Positions 44,718-56,109 of a DNA stretch of 64,000 nt are shown one piece after another (the first letter of the stretch is position 1; each line of letters starts with the position of its first letter). The notes below the pieces were generated by a model. That model saw only the letters and a list, made by a program, of their open reading frames with translations. It searched no databases and had not been told where the DNA came from. The stretch covers positions 2,441 to 66,440 of the forward strand of contig CAMYJA010000008.1 of NCBI GenBank assembly GCA_947258705.1. The letters are read 5' to 3'. This stretch comes from an uncultured Hyphomicrobiaceae bacterium. Lineage in GTDB: Bacteria > Pseudomonadota > Alphaproteobacteria > Rhizobiales > CAMYJA01. A program made the translations under genes and the position numbers.

Positions 44718-45242
44718 ATTGTTGTAAACTCTCACTTCCAAACACATTTATCGCTCGATTGCTCACCGCATACCGAGCGTACTCCGCCTGCAACAGGATT
44801 GCCTATGTCGTTTCATATGTGGGTAGAAGTTTACTTCCACCGCCCTGTACAGTCATTGATGAGCTTTGACTAAACACCTGACGCAGAACAGCTGCATCCG
44901 GTAAAGCCGTTACTCTTCTTCATTTATGCGTACAGAATGTTGGAATCATTCAGCCTTGGCGTGCTCCAGAGACTGGCTCCCGCCTGTGCAAGAGCCGCCG
45001 TCAAAGGTTAACAAGCCTTGATTAGGAATACATCCCAAACGAGGAACGTACCAAAATTTTCCGAAATCCTATGCCACACTGGAAAAGACTATAACACAAA
45101 ATTAGTGAAAATAAAAGTCTGGCAAATATCTCGGTCCATTTTGGACCAAAAATTAGGTTTAGACAGTTAAATTATAGATTTTGTTAAGGTTAAAACTTTT
45201 TACATATTAATTAATCTAAATAAGTTCAGGCGTAAAATTGAG

Positions 45243-45581
45243 TCAATCTCCCTCACCTGGCTCAGGCGAGAAGTACTTCTCCAGTTTACCTTCTTCCTGC
45301 TCATACTTTTCAGCGTCGGCAGGCGCATCCTTCTTCACGGTTATATTAGGCCATTTCTCGGAATATTCGAGATTGAACTTGACCCATTGCTCTAGCCCCG
45401 GTTCCGTGTCGGGTTTGATCGCATCAACCGGACATTCAGGCTCGCACACCCCGCAATCGATGCATTCGTCAGGGTGAATCACCAGCATGTTTTCACCTTC
45501 ATAAAAGCAATCGACCGGACAGACTTCGACGCAATCGGTATATTTGCAGCGGATGCAGGAGTCATTAACGATATAGGTCAT
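45243..45581 (-). CDS. fdxA: 7Fe ferredoxin ([3Fe-4S][4Fe-4S])
   Basis: [55 protein letters not shown] is the canonical FdxA sequence pattern. The start is at the internal ATG at 45581 of the 142-aa track ORF. Confidence 0.9.
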   Translation of the reverse strand: MTYIVNDSCIRCKYTDCVEVCPVDCFYEGENMLVIHPDECIDCGVCEPECPVDAIKPDTEPGLEQWVKFNLEYSEKWPNITVKKDAPADAEKYEQEEGKLEKYFSPEPGEGD

Positions 45582-45762
45582 GGAATTCGGATCATCCGGA
45601 ACTTTTTGGAATTCGTGTTTACAGGGGCTTTCCGTCAGACAGACATCCGTAAGAATGTCTGTAACTTTCAAGCGTCAGCGGGGTCTTCTATACCAAGTGG
45701 CGCACAAAGGGCAAGTCAACAAAACAGCTGGGGCATGGTATCTGCTACCGGACATATTGTCG

Positions 45763-46218
45763 CTAGCTGTCATTTTCCCTCAACCTGTCGAGCTGCCGGC
45801 GCTCGCGCTTGGTCGGCCGGCCGCTGCCCTGCGCGCGTTCCGCGACCTTACCGGCCGTAACATCGCCAATCCTCTGCCTTTTTTGTCGCGGGCCAATCGC
45901 CTTTTTGAGAGCCGGTTCAGGCGGCGTCAGATCTTCATAGAGCATGAGCGCTTCCGCCGACGGCCCCCGCCGCGTGCCGGTATCCAAAACCTTGAGCACC
46001 AGAATTCTCCGCCCGATGCGCGCCGTTATGATATCTTCGGCTTTTACATGCTGCGACGGTTTATCGACCTTTTCCCGATTGATCCTGATTTTACCTGTTG
46101 AAACCAGACGCGTTCCCAATGTGCGGGTTTTGACCAGTCGCGCAAACCACAGCCATTTATCGATGCGCTGCCCAGATCCACCTTGGGCATGAGTTTGAGA
46201 AGAGCGATGGGTGGTCAT
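45763..46218 (-). CDS. RNA-binding S4 domain protein (Hsp15/HslR-like)
   Basis: QRIDKWLWFARLVKTRTLGTRLVSTGKIRINREKV is an S4 alpha-L motif. The gene starts 6 nt after the helicase stop. Confidence 0.75.
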   Translation of the reverse strand: MTTHRSSQTHAQGGSGQRIDKWLWFARLVKTRTLGTRLVSTGKIRINREKVDKPSQHVKAEDIITARIGRRILVLKVLDTGTRRGPSAEALMLYEDLTPPEPALKKAIGPRQKRQRIGDVTAGKVAERAQGSGRPTKRERRQLDRLRENDS

Positions 46219-46224
46219 GTCGGA

Positions 46225-49221
46225 CTAGGTTTTTTCTTCGAGTTTGTCTTTCAGCTTGGCCAGCGAGGCGAATGGGGAATCCGGATCGATGTGCTTCTGA
46301 GCTTTTCGGGGTCCGGAGGTCCGGCCCTTGCTCTTTTTTTGACTGCCATTCCCATGCTTGCTACTGAAGCTTTTCCCGTCGCCAGGGCCTTTGCCTCTGC
46401 CTTTTTGCCGCTGCCTGTTTCCGGCTGTCCTTTTGTCGCTACCATGCGCCGGGCGACGGCGTTTGCCCGGCCGCCAGACGAAAACAAAATCCGGCTCTGA
46501 GGCAGCTTCTTGAGCGCACTCCTCTTTCGAAACAGCATCCGGCGTCTCGCCTGGTTCTTGCGCATCTTTTGTAGCGCCCGCGGCCTGAACCGGATCGTCG
46601 GATTTTCTCTCCGAGCGAAATCCAAGGGATTTCAGAACCTGGGCCAACTCATCCGGGGAGCACCCAAGGATCGACATCATCGACGTCGTGGCGATAAATC
46701 CGCCGTCTCCGGTGGCGCCTTCGGGCCCCGTAGCATTGATTGCGTCTTTTTGCGCATCATTTTCCGCATCATTGCCCTTTTCGGTGCCGGCATTGGCAAC
46801 GGCCTCAGTACCGGACGAATTTTCACCAGCCTTCTCCGGTTTTCCCCGCCAGGCGATCAAGGGCCGTATCATATCGGCCAGACGTTCGAGAATGTCGATG
46901 CGAACGGAGCGCGGGCCGCAGACATGAAATCCTGCCACTTTATAGAAAGCCTGGGGGAGCGAAGGGTCGGTTGCCACCGAGGTAAGACCGCTCCTTGGGG
47001 GGGATGGCATGGTTTCTAAATCGATACCGTGCGCGCCGCCTTCTTTAAGCCCCCACAGAATGATGAGAAGATCTGATGCGGCCGGTTTCAAAAGAACCGG
47101 AATAAAAATATTGAACGCTCCGAAACGCACCCCGTACCGCCGCAATTGCGCACGGGCCTCCTGGTCGAGCGAGGCAATGTCCTGGGCCACTTCTTCACGC
47201 CTTAGAATGCCGAAATTCTGCACAAGCTGATAGCCTACGCCCTTTGCCAATCCAGCAATTTCATTTGATTCCGCAAGAGAAACGAGTGGGCCGAGACGTT
47301 CGGCGATCTCCTCGGCAATCCACTTGTCGAGCCTTGCTGTAATTTTCTCTCGTTCAGGAGCCGCCAAATGCTCGTCGGCAAAAAGCTGAACGCTTGGCTT
47401 CAGGGGATCGTCTCCGGCCTGCAACCTTGCGATTTTCGCATCCTTCCAGGCAATATCGCCATTCTGAGTGAGTGAAAAAGCGTCATGTTTGGCCGCGATG
47501 ACACGCCGGGCGCGCATCGCCAGCTCATCGCCGAGAATGCGCGAAGCGGCATGACGCGCCGCCTTTCCGTTGATCCCGTCGCCACGGTCCTCAGGGGTGA
47601 ACAAAAATCCGTCAAGCCGTCCGACCAAATGCTTTTCAACATGAACAGAACCGTCATCCATGATCTCAGCGAACAGATCGTCCTGATCGCGCAACCGGCG
47701 CATCAGGACGCTTGTCCGCTTATCGACAAAGCGCTGGGTAAGCTTTTCGTGAAGGGCATCTGAAAGACTGTCCTCGATTTCGCGCGTCCGGCCCTGCCAA
47801 TGTTCAGGATCGTTGAGCCAATCGATTTTATTCGACACAAAGGTCCACGTCCGAATATGTGCGATACGATTGGCCAGCGTATCGATATCTCCATCGGTGC
47901 GGTCCGAAAACGCAACTTGTGAGCGGAACCAGTCCTCCGGAATGACCGGATCGTCCTTCATCAGGTACGAATAGAGCCTGCCAACCAGTTCAGCATGATC
48001 GGTCGCCGATATCTTGCGGTAATCGGGCACCTGGCATACCTCCCAGAGGCGTTTTACGGAGGCAGGTCCGGCGGCTTTCTGACGGACCTCGTCAATACGG
48101 ATTGCATTTTCCAACGCAATACAGTCATCCGCCATACGCCCGCGCGTGAGCGCCGCATGAGTTGAAGGTTGTTTCAGGCTTTCACTAAGACGGTCGATAC
48201 TGGAAAAATCCAGAGACCGATTGCGCCAGACCAGGGATTTCAGAGGTTCGAAATCATGATTTTCCAGGCGGTCTATCACGCTCTGCTCAAAGGGTTCCAC
48301 ATTGGCTGTCACACCAAAGGTTCCATCATTCATGTGGCGCCCGGCGCGCCCGGCGATTTGTGCCAACTCGCCGGGGTGAAGATCTCGACTGTGATGACCG
48401 TCGAATTTTCGGCATCCGGCAAAGGCGACATGGTCAATATCGAGATTTAGCCCCATGCCGATGGCATCCGTCGCGATCAGAAAATCGACATCGCCAGATT
48501 GGTAAAGAGCCACCTGGGCATTTCGCGTTCTTGGACTGAGCGCACCCATGACTATCGCAGCACCGCCACGCTGCCGGCGAATAAGCTCGCCGATTGCATA
48601 AACCTCTCCTGTCGAAAACGCGACAATGGCGCTTCGTCTTGGCAAACGGGAAAGTTTTTTCTGCCCGCCATAGCTAAGTTTGGAGAGACGTGGACGGGAG
48701 ACGAAATTGGCATCGGGAAGGAGTTTCTCGATCACCTTTCGAGTGGTTTCGGCGCCCAGCAGCAGGGTCTCGGAATTGCCGCGCGCGTGTAAAAGGCGAT
48801 CGGTGAATACATGGCCGCGTTCCGGATCGCCGGCGAGTTGAACTTCGTCAATGGCCAGAAAATCGACATCGACATCCTGTGGCATGGCCTCCACGGTGCA
48901 GACGTAATAGCTTGGATTGGATGGCTTGATCCGCTCCTCGCCTGTTATCAGCGCCACCCGGGACGCACCCACTCGCTCGACGATCCTGTCATAGACCTCG
49001 CGCGCCAGAAGCCGGAGCGGCAAACCGATCAGTCCGCTGTCATGACCGAGCATTCGCTCAATAGCGAGATGGGTTTTGCCGGTATTGGTAGGCCCGATCA
49101 CAGCCGTTACATTTGCCGCGCGTCCTCCTGGGAACGTACCAATCATTTCACTATTGCTCATAGAGCTCATTCCCCGAACTCGATTTCGATTACACCCGGA
49201 CAATCGTCGGTTCTGTTCCAA
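46225..49221 (-). CDS. Superfamily-2 helicase, Suv3-like, with a basic C-terminal tail
   Basis: 998-aa ORF with Walker A VIGPTNTGKTH, a DExx box FLAIDEVQ, and QIAGRAGR (motif VI). A likely start is the internal ATG at 49170 (MSSMSNSE). Confidence 0.8.
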   Translation of the reverse strand: MEQNRRLSGCNRNRVRGMSSMSNSEMIGTFPGGRAANVTAVIGPTNTGKTHLAIERMLGHDSGLIGLPLRLLAREVYDRIVERVGASRVALITGEERIKPSNPSYYVCTVEAMPQDVDVDFLAIDEVQLAGDPERGHVFTDRLLHARGNSETLLLGAETTRKVIEKLLPDANFVSRPRLSKLSYGGQKKLSRLPRRSAIVAFSTGEVYAIGELIRRQRGGAAIVMGALSPRTRNAQVALYQSGDVDFLIATDAIGMGLNLDIDHVAFAGCRKFDGHHSRDLHPGELAQIAGRAGRHMNDGTFGVTANVEPFEQSVIDRLENHDFEPLKSLVWRNRSLDFSSIDRLSESLKQPSTHAALTRGRMADDCIALENAIRIDEVRQKAAGPASVKRLWEVCQVPDYRKISATDHAELVGRLYSYLMKDDPVIPEDWFRSQVAFSDRTDGDIDTLANRIAHIRTWTFVSNKIDWLNDPEHWQGRTREIEDSLSDALHEKLTQRFVDKRTSVLMRRLRDQDDLFAEIMDDGSVHVEKHLVGRLDGFLFTPEDRGDGINGKAARHAASRILGDELAMRARRVIAAKHDAFSLTQNGDIAWKDAKIARLQAGDDPLKPSVQLFADEHLAAPEREKITARLDKWIAEEIAERLGPLVSLAESNEIAGLAKGVGYQLVQNFGILRREEVAQDIASLDQEARAQLRRYGVRFGAFNIFIPVLLKPAASDLLIILWGLKEGGAHGIDLETMPSPPRSGLTSVATDPSLPQAFYKVAGFHVCGPRSVRIDILERLADMIRPLIAWRGKPEKAGENSSGTEAVANAGTEKGNDAENDAQKDAINATGPEGATGDGGFIATTSMMSILGCSPDELAQVLKSLGFRSERKSDDPVQAAGATKDAQEPGETPDAVSKEECAQEAASEPDFVFVWRPGKRRRPAHGSDKRTAGNRQRQKGRGKGPGDGKSFSSKHGNGSQKKSKGRTSGPRKAQKHIDPDSPFASLAKLKDKLEEKT

Positions 49222-49350
49222 AAAATCCGCCCATTTCTAACGGGCGTGGTGGACAGAAGACCGCTCCGGTCGGGCAAGATATGCCAATACTCACAAGGAA
49301 TTGCAATGACTGGAGGGAAGATCAATAGCGTTCGCGCGAGTTAGCCACGA

Positions 49351-50247
49351 TTAATTGACAAGCGCGATCCGCCCGAGCCCGGGCATGTCGATATTCACAC
49401 GATTTGAAGTGAGCGAAGCCGTGCCGAACATTGTCGGGATGGCCACATAATAGGGAATAAACATTTTTGCGCGTGGCACAGGCCTCAACCAGACTTCAAT
49501 GTCATTCGTGCCTGACATGAATTTTGTTTCATCGTTCATCTTGTGGCCGGAAATCGGTACATATTTGATACGGCACACATATGCGATATTTGGCTGATTG
49601 TTGTTGGAACGGTTCGACAGAGGTTCGATCCGCTTGAACGAAAGTTTAAGGTTGAACCGCTGTTTTCCGTCAAACACCCGGAGAGGCTTGTTGGCGCATG
49701 GATTAACACCGGAAATGGTGCCGTTTTTCGAATTGGTCAGTGCCAGGATCGCACTCATCGGATCCAGGACGCCCTTTAGGTGCCTCTGCTTCAAGGGCAC
49801 GCGCCGGCGTGACTTTTTGATTGGTGGCCGGGAAAGAACCTGGCTAACGCTGTTTCCGTTAAAGCGCATATTGACGCCGCCACGCTTTTTATTGCTCTTG
49901 AAGTTAAAGGCGTAATGGTCCGGTTTGAAACCGACGCGCGTGATCTGTCCTGTGCTTCGGGTCGTGCTGCGCCAACTGAAGGCGCCAAGCAGCGCGCTGA
50001 TCCGCGCATTTCCGCTCAGGACATATTTCTTTTTATGGCTGCTGGATTGAAAAACGAACTGTCCAAGGTCAAGCCCGTTGAAACTTATCCGGTAAACCGC
50101 ATTGACCCGTTCACCGCCTGCCGATGCGACTGTGGGCGATAGAAGAAGCGCGGCCGCGAACGTTAGCGCAAGCACCTTCGACCCGTGTGCCGGATTGTGC
50201 CGATGAAATACTGCAAATAAGCTCATAAGTCCTAACCTGCTGCTCAA
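49351..50247 (-). CDS. DUF3108-like secreted/outer-membrane protein
   Basis: 298-aa ORF with a signal peptide ending TVASAGG. YRISFNGLDLGQFVF...YVLSGNARISALLGAF follows the DUF3108 beta-rich pattern as I recall it. Confidence 0.55.
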   Translation of the reverse strand: MSSRLGLMSLFAVFHRHNPAHGSKVLALTFAAALLLSPTVASAGGERVNAVYRISFNGLDLGQFVFQSSSHKKKYVLSGNARISALLGAFSWRSTTRSTGQITRVGFKPDHYAFNFKSNKKRGGVNMRFNGNSVSQVLSRPPIKKSRRRVPLKQRHLKGVLDPMSAILALTNSKNGTISGVNPCANKPLRVFDGKQRFNLKLSFKRIEPLSNRSNNNQPNIAYVCRIKYVPISGHKMNDETKFMSGTNDIEVWLRPVPRAKMFIPYYVAIPTMFGTASLTSNRVNIDMPGLGRIALVN

Positions 50248-50442
50248 CTTCGGAAACTAACCTCAGAACGTAAACCCCACTCTACGCACTACAAATCCAT
50301 TCGGACATTTTGATGACGCTTGAAGCATGAGCACAAAACGTAAATAATTAGATCATAAAAGTCAGATATTGGCACACAAAATATCGCTTTGGACCAATTC
50401 ATCCACGTCTGAACGAAGTTTTACGATTTCGACCGTGACATC

Positions 50443-50471
50443 TTGACTGAAACAGTGCCAATTGATACTAA
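50443..50471 (+). promoter_or_regulatory. Candidate sigma-70 promoter for rpmB
   Basis: TTGACT (50443-50448), a 17-nt spacer, then TACTAA (50466-50471), about 105 nt upstream of the rpmB ATG. This is a pattern match only. Confidence 0.3.
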
Positions 50472-50577
50472 ACGCGTCTTGACCGCCACGCATTTTCTGG
50501 GCGGCAGTGGAATTTCTTTGATCAATCCATATATTGGCAAACCCGCGGCGCGGGTTTGATTGCAGGAGCTTAAGCCC

Positions 50578-50883
50578 ATGGCCAGGCGTTGTGAGCTGAC
50601 AGGAAAAGACGTTCAAACCGGCAACAATGTGAGCCACGCGCATAACAAGACGCGTCGCCGATTTCTGCCCAATCTTTGCGATGTAAGCCTTATGAGTGAA
50701 GCGCTGAACCGCAAGGTGCGCCTGAGAATTAGCGCCCACGCGCTGCGCACGGTTGAACATCGAGGCGGACTTGATGCTTTCCTGCTGAAGGCGCGCAATG
50801 GGGAGCTTTCCACGAAAGCCCGCCGATTGAAGCGCGAAATAACAAAACGGCAAACGGCCGAGGCTGCCCCGGCAGAGGCATAA
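50578..50883 (+). CDS. rpmB: 50S ribosomal protein L28
   Basis: [33 protein letters not shown] is the canonical L28 N-terminus. AGGAG lies 10 nt upstream of the ATG at 50578. Confidence 0.95.
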   Translation: MARRCELTGKDVQTGNNVSHAHNKTRRRFLPNLCDVSLMSEALNRKVRLRISAHALRTVEHRGGLDAFLLKARNGELSTKARRLKREITKRQTAEAAPAEA

Positions 50884-50931
50884 TTCCGCCATTGGCCGGC
50901 AGCCCGTCCCACCTTTGATTATTTCGCCCTA

Positions 50932-52032
50932 TCAAGGCTGCCGCAACGCAGACCGTTTTTCGACATATTCAAATTGAAGCAGCAGCGTCCGCTGCAGCAC
51001 TGAAAAATTATCGTCCGAAACAAGAGTGATGATCGTTTTGCCGTCGGAATCCTTATGGACGGCGACACCTTCCATGTTATCGATCGAAAACCTCCCATCC
51101 GCCTCCAGAAGCGTCTGCCCCAGGATTGCATTTTGTGACATCAATTCCGCATGCGTGATCAGCCTGAGGCGCATTCTGACCCCCTCCGACCAGCGAAAAC
51201 GACGCTCCAGCACGATCACATCGCCCGAGGGCAATGAAGCGAGATCCGTAACGTCAAAACCGCCGATGCGCTTTAGACGCAAGGGCTTCGACCGCCGCCC
51301 CGCCAAAATCCAACCCTCGAGGTGCCCGTCTTTATTGGCCTTGCGCTCTGCAAATGTGAGCACCCGCCCCTCATACCGGCCCGCCCTCAGAACAGTGAGC
51401 GCTTCGAGCCCCTTGTTTCTGGTGACACCGGCCAGGCCCTTGGGAAGTTTGAGATAGTATTTTGGTTTGCCGATCCCATCGGCATCGATCGGAAAGCGTC
51501 CGATCCTGTGATTCCGCTCGAACGAAATTAAAACTTCGCCTTTGCGCGGCGTACCCTTAACCAGTGTGACGCCTTCGGCATCCTGATGACGCTTATGTTT
51601 CAGAGGCCGTCCGTTTCGAGCGCGCAAAGGCCCGATTTTGACATCGCGCAAACCGGCCAGGGCATCGCCTTTGTAAATCAGCCTGGCGCGGATCCAGTTG
51701 CCTTGATCCGTAACGGCGATGAAATTTTTTCCTTGTGCCCCCATGATAAGCCCCGATAATCCACCAAACAGGGGGGACGTCGAGCTCAGAGAAAGGCCAC
51801 CGCGCCATCTCAGGCGTCCGAAGCGGCGTTTGGTGTGATCGTCACCCTGGAAATAGGAGATGGTTCGCGCCGATACGGCGATTGAACCGTATTTCTCAGG
51901 CGGTCTTTCTTCCTTCGCGAGTGCTTCGCAAAATGAGCTTGAAAGGGCGAGCGCGCATAGAATGGTACAGGTAATAAAACGAGCGTTGATGATCGCGGAT
52001 ATAACAGGCAGGACGTCTTTGGCCGGGCTCAA
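50932..52032 (-). CDS. Esterase-like activity of phytase family protein (secreted)
   Basis: 366-aa ORF with a TTG start overlapping the cobT stop (TTGA). It has a signal/anchor sequence. [25 protein letters not shown] and DAEGVTL are typical of the phytase-like esterase family. Confidence 0.6.
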   Translation of the reverse strand: MSPAKDVLPVISAIINARFITCTILCALALSSSFCEALAKEERPPEKYGSIAVSARTISYFQGDDHTKRRFGRLRWRGGLSLSSTSPLFGGLSGLIMGAQGKNFIAVTDQGNWIRARLIYKGDALAGLRDVKIGPLRARNGRPLKHKRHQDAEGVTLVKGTPRKGEVLISFERNHRIGRFPIDADGIGKPKYYLKLPKGLAGVTRNKGLEALTVLRAGRYEGRVLTFAERKANKDGHLEGWILAGRRSKPLRLKRIGGFDVTDLASLPSGDVIVLERRFRWSEGVRMRLRLITHAELMSQNAILGQTLLEADGRFSIDNMEGVAVHKDSDGKTIITLVSDDNFSVLQRTLLLQFEYVEKRSALRQP

Positions 52033-53939
52033 GTTTCACGCCCTCCGAATTTCGGCCTGCCCGAACCCTGGACAAGGTTTTGAACCATCTCGCCCCTTGT
52101 TCGGGCGCCGCCCTCTTCAAAAAGCTCGACAAGCTTATCCGTCATGGCGCCAGCCAGTTCGCTGGGGTCTGATATGGTTACGGCACGGCGATAATAGCGC
52201 GTGACATCGTGCCCGATTCCGATAGCGAGCAATTCAACATCCGAGCGCAATTCAATTTCCTGAATGACCTGACGCAAATGCTGCTCCAGATAGGATGCCG
52301 TATTGACCGACAAGGTTGAATCATCCACCGGCGCACCATCTGAAATCATCATTATGATGCGTCGTTGTTCGGGTCTCGTGAGAAGGCGCCGATGTGCCCA
52401 GGCCAGTGCCTCGCCGTCGATATTTTCTTTTAAAAGCCCCTCCCGCATCATCAAGGCCAGATTGACCCGCGTCCGCCGCCAGGGATTGTCGGCGGACTTG
52501 TAAATGATATGGCGCAAATCGTTGAGACGGCCGGGATCGCCGGCCTTGCCAGATTTCAACCAGGTTTCGCGCGATTTGCCACCCTTCCAGGCTTTGGTGG
52601 TGAAGCCGAGAATTTCCACCTTGACGCCGCAACGCTCGAGCGTGCGGGCGAGAATGTCTGCGCAGCATGCCGCGACCATAATGGGGCGCCCGCGCATGGA
52701 GCCTGAATTGTCGAGCAGCAGAGTGACAACCGTATCGCGGAATTCGGTATCCTGTTCCTGCATAAACGAAAGAGGCTGCATGGGATCGGTGATGACGCGC
52801 GACAGCCGGGCCGCATCGAGCGTGCCCTCATCGAGGTCGAATTCCCAGGCCCTGTTCTGCTGCGCAAGCAACCGGCGTTGCAGGCGATTGGCGAGGCGGG
52901 AGACCACTGCGTTGAGCGATTTCAGCTCTTTGTCGAGAAAAGCGCGAAGCCGTTCGAGCTCATCGGGTGAGCAAAGGTCTTCAGCGTGTATCTCCTCATC
53001 GAACCTTTTGTCATATACCTTGTAGCCAAAAGCTTCCGGGCGGTCGAGCACCGACATATTCGGTTGCCATGTCGCATGGGTCTGTGCGTTCTGGCCGCCA
53101 TCTTCATTTTCATGATCGAAGAGATCGCTATCGCCGAGATCGGATGTTTCCGTGTTTTCGCCATCGGCATCATCGCTGGCGTCGCTCTGCTGGTCCTGCT
53201 GTTCGCTGCCGCTCTCGCCATCCTCATCGCTGGCCTGGGGAAGACCGTCCTCGGGATTGGGTTCAATCTCGCCTTCTGCGGTTTCTTCCTGTCCGTCAAC
53301 CTGATCGTCGAGAAGATCAAGCGCTTGTAGGATTTTTTCGACGATATGGCTGAATTCCTTCTGCTCCGAAACGCAACCCTCAAGTCCCGAAATAAGAGAA
53401 CCGGCACGCTCTTCTATCCAGGGGCGCCAGAGATCGACGACAGCAGCCGCGTTTTCGGGCGGCTTGGCGCCTGTCAGTTTTTCCCGCACCAGAAGTGAAA
53501 GTGCAAGATCGAGCGGCGCATGCTCCCTTTCGGAAATATTTTCAAACTTCTCATTGTCGAAAAATTTTTCGACCTTGGCCGAAATATTCTCGGCGACACC
53601 TTTCATCTTGAGGGAGCCGATGGACTCGACACGCGTCAATTCGATCGCATCGAAGACGATACGTGCCTGTCCCGATGACGGTGTCACGCCAGCGTGAATC
53701 TTGTCGTCATGACAGGCGGCATAAAGCGCAAGAGAATCGCCATGCCCCCGGATGACCGAGAGTTCCCTGCCGTCCGGCGCTTGCGAGGGCTCCGGAACAT
53801 ATACGATCTTGTCTTCAAGCCCGGGAGCAGCGGAGGAATAAACAATCTCCAGCTCGGAATTGCCTGCAATCGACCTGATCGTCGTCGAGACGGCCCGTTT
53901 AAAGTTTTCCAGAGGCGCATCTTTGATCTTTGTGGACAT
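52029..53939 (-). CDS. cobT: Cobaltochelatase subunit CobT
   Basis: 636-aa ORF with N-terminus [23 protein letters not shown], a central highly acidic stretch and a C-terminal vWA domain ([17 protein letters not shown]). It lies immediately downstream of cobS. Confidence 0.9.
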   Translation of the reverse strand: MSTKIKDAPLENFKRAVSTTIRSIAGNSELEIVYSSAAPGLEDKIVYVPEPSQAPDGRELSVIRGHGDSLALYAACHDDKIHAGVTPSSGQARIVFDAIELTRVESIGSLKMKGVAENISAKVEKFFDNEKFENISEREHAPLDLALSLLVREKLTGAKPPENAAAVVDLWRPWIEERAGSLISGLEGCVSEQKEFSHIVEKILQALDLLDDQVDGQEETAEGEIEPNPEDGLPQASDEDGESGSEQQDQQSDASDDADGENTETSDLGDSDLFDHENEDGGQNAQTHATWQPNMSVLDRPEAFGYKVYDKRFDEEIHAEDLCSPDELERLRAFLDKELKSLNAVVSRLANRLQRRLLAQQNRAWEFDLDEGTLDAARLSRVITDPMQPLSFMQEQDTEFRDTVVTLLLDNSGSMRGRPIMVAACCADILARTLERCGVKVEILGFTTKAWKGGKSRETWLKSGKAGDPGRLNDLRHIIYKSADNPWRRTRVNLALMMREGLLKENIDGEALAWAHRRLLTRPEQRRIIMMISDGAPVDDSTLSVNTASYLEQHLRQVIQEIELRSDVELLAIGIGHDVTRYYRRAVTISDPSELAGAMTDKLVELFEEGGARTRGEMVQNLVQGSGRPKFGGRET

Positions 53940-53965
53940 GGGGCTCGGGACCGGAACGTTTCTCG

Positions 53966-54955
53966 CTAGTTAAGAATGATGTTGGCGGACGACTCGGGTA
54001 GTTCTTCACCGAAACAGCGTTGATAGAATTCCGCCACCAGCGGCCGCTCCAGCTCGTCGCATTTGTTGAGAAACGAGACCTGGAATGCAAAAGACACATC
54101 GTCGAATATATCGGCGTTTTCGGCCCATGTTATGACCGTTCGCGGGCTCATGACGGTTGAAAGGTCGCCATTGATGAAGGCGCTCCGCGTCATGTCCGCG
54201 AGACGAACCATGTTACTGACGATTTCGCGTTTTTTGCCTTTGGCAAAAGATTTTACCTTCGAGAGCACGATGCTCACCTCGTCGTCATGCGGTAGATAAT
54301 TCAATGTCGCGACTATCGACCAGCGGTCCATCTGCCCCTGGTTGATCTGCTGCGTGCCGTGGTAAAGCCCCGAGGTATCGCCGAGCCCGATTGTATTCGT
54401 GGTCGAGAACAGGCGAAACGCCGGATGCGGATGAATGACTTTCGACTGATCGAGCAGGGTCAGACGTCCCGACACCTCGAGAACGCGCTGAATTACGAAC
54501 ATGACGTCGGGCCGGCCGGCATCATATTCGTCAAACACCAGGGCCGTGTTCGATTGCAGCGCATAAGGAAGGATACCCTCCTTGAAGGCCGTGATCTGCT
54601 GTCCGTCCTTGATAATGATCGCGTCCTTGCCAACCAGATCGATCCGGCTGACATGACTGTCGAGATTGACCCTTATGCATGGCCAGTTGAGACGGGCGGC
54701 GACCTGTTCGATATGGGTGGATTTTCCGGTGCCATGATATCCCTGAATCATCACGCGGCGGTTATATGCAAAGCCTGCCAAAATGGCGCGGGTCGTTTCG
54801 GGATTAAATAAATAATCTTCATCAACCACCGGAACATGATCATCGGTCGCCGAAAACGCCGGTACATCCATATCGACATCGATACCGAAGACCTGCCTGG
54901 CCGAGACCTTCATATCGGGCAGACGATCGGCGGCAGCCCCGTTCTCAATTGACAT
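53966..54955 (-). CDS. cobS: Cobaltochelatase subunit CobS (AAA+ MoxR-like ATPase)
   Basis: 329-aa ORF with Walker [27 protein letters not shown] and Walker B LVFDEYD, in the canonical cobS-cobT pairing. Confidence 0.9.
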   Translation of the reverse strand: MSIENGAAADRLPDMKVSARQVFGIDVDMDVPAFSATDDHVPVVDEDYLFNPETTRAILAGFAYNRRVMIQGYHGTGKSTHIEQVAARLNWPCIRVNLDSHVSRIDLVGKDAIIIKDGQQITAFKEGILPYALQSNTALVFDEYDAGRPDVMFVIQRVLEVSGRLTLLDQSKVIHPHPAFRLFSTTNTIGLGDTSGLYHGTQQINQGQMDRWSIVATLNYLPHDDEVSIVLSKVKSFAKGKKREIVSNMVRLADMTRSAFINGDLSTVMSPRTVITWAENADIFDDVSFAFQVSFLNKCDELERPLVAEFYQRCFGEELPESSANIILN

Positions 54956-55070
54956 ATTACATCTCTTTCTGATTTTTCACTCTAAGTGCGCGTTGCAATC
55001 TACGCATGCACTCTGTCCGATCAAGCGCTGTGGGTGCAACACGCCTGAAATCCGTTGCCGGGATCCGAGT

Positions 55071-55700
55071 TTAGACAAGCCCTGCGGTTCTCAGATAATT
55101 ATAGGCCTGAATAACTTCACGCAACTTATCTTCCGAGCCCTTGTCCCCGCCATTGATGTCGGGATGGTGCCGTTTCACAAGCTCCTTGAAGCGCGCGCTG
55201 ATATCGGCCTTTGAGGCATTGATATCGAGATTTAGAACCGTCAGGCTCTTGCGTTCCATATTCCTGATGGGCCGGGCGTTCTTTTTTACACGCTCTTGTG
55301 GTTTCGCATGATCCTCGTCATCGAAGATATTGTGGGGGTCGGAGGCCCGGCCGGCGAAACTGAAACCTTTGCCACGAACATGGTCTGCTTTTTTCGAACC
55401 CGATTGCGCGTTCTTCCCCATATCCCATGTCGGCCGGTGTCCGGTGGATGACGATTTCTGGAAGTCGACAACTTCCTCGTCGCTCATGCCGGAGAAATAA
55501 TTATACTGCTTGTTGTATTGCCGCACGTGATCGACGCAAAAATGCAGATATTCGCCTTCGTGCCCGCGCCCGCGCGGGGCTTTATGGCGACCGGACCGAT
55601 CGCAACCGCGCCAGTTGCATTGTGGAAAGCGATCTTCCTTCAGACGGCTCTCCTCCGGTTTGACACGGATACTGTCGAAATATTTTGAACCAAGTTTCAT
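55071..55700 (-). CDS. J-domain (DnaJ-like) protein
   Basis: The C-terminal J domain is ADISARFKELVKRHHPDINGGDKGSEDKLREVIQAYNYL (HPD motif). The N-terminus has a Cys/His-rich segment. Confidence 0.8.
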   Translation of the reverse strand: MKLGSKYFDSIRVKPEESRLKEDRFPQCNWRGCDRSGRHKAPRGRGHEGEYLHFCVDHVRQYNKQYNYFSGMSDEEVVDFQKSSSTGHRPTWDMGKNAQSGSKKADHVRGKGFSFAGRASDPHNIFDDEDHAKPQERVKKNARPIRNMERKSLTVLNLDINASKADISARFKELVKRHHPDINGGDKGSEDKLREVIQAYNYLRTAGLV

Positions 55701-55827
55701 ATAAGTCCAATATGCTAGCGGTGCAATATTTCTTCAAGATGGCGAAATGACACGTTTCAATCAGGCACGCAAGATGCCATATTGGGCAACTTTGCATTAT
55801 GCACCATTTAGGGTTAGGAAAACATCA

Positions 55828-56109
55828 ATGACTATCGAAAACATAATGCGCGGCAAGCTTGAAACGATCCTCTCTCCGGCCCGTCTGGAGGTGATAAACG
55901 AAAGCCATCTTCACGCCGGTCACGCCGGGTCGCCCGGCACCGGTGAGAGTCATTTTCGGCTAAACATCATCTCGGAGGCATTCGCCGGAAAAACCCGCCT
56001 GGAGCGGCATCGCCTCATCAATGAAATTCTCAAGGAAGAACTGGCAGGCAGGATACACGCTCTCGCGATCAGCGCGAACACGCCGGAAGAGGCAGGCCCG
56101 CAAAGCTAA
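55828..56109 (+). CDS. BolA family protein
   Basis: MTIENIMRGKLETILSPARLEVINESHLHAGHAG...FRLNIISEAFAGKTRLERHRLINEIL is the BolA fold signature. The start is at the internal ATG at 55828. Confidence 0.85.
   Translation: MTIENIMRGKLETILSPARLEVINESHLHAGHAGSPGTGESHFRLNIISEAFAGKTRLERHRLINEILKEELAGRIHALAISANTPEEAGPQS

Noticed and set aside
44380-44869. Plus-strand ORFs of 115 aa and 151 aa, and a minus-strand alternative frame of 132 aa, over the carD tail
   Set aside because: They are shadow frames of a low-complexity, repeat-rich coding segment. Their products are Ala/Val/Phe or Arg/Cys runs with no start context.
52922-53407. ORFs of 114-161 aa on both strands across the middle of cobT
   Set aside because: They overlap the acidic low-complexity region of CobT, where all frames stay open. 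CobT is continuous and well supported.
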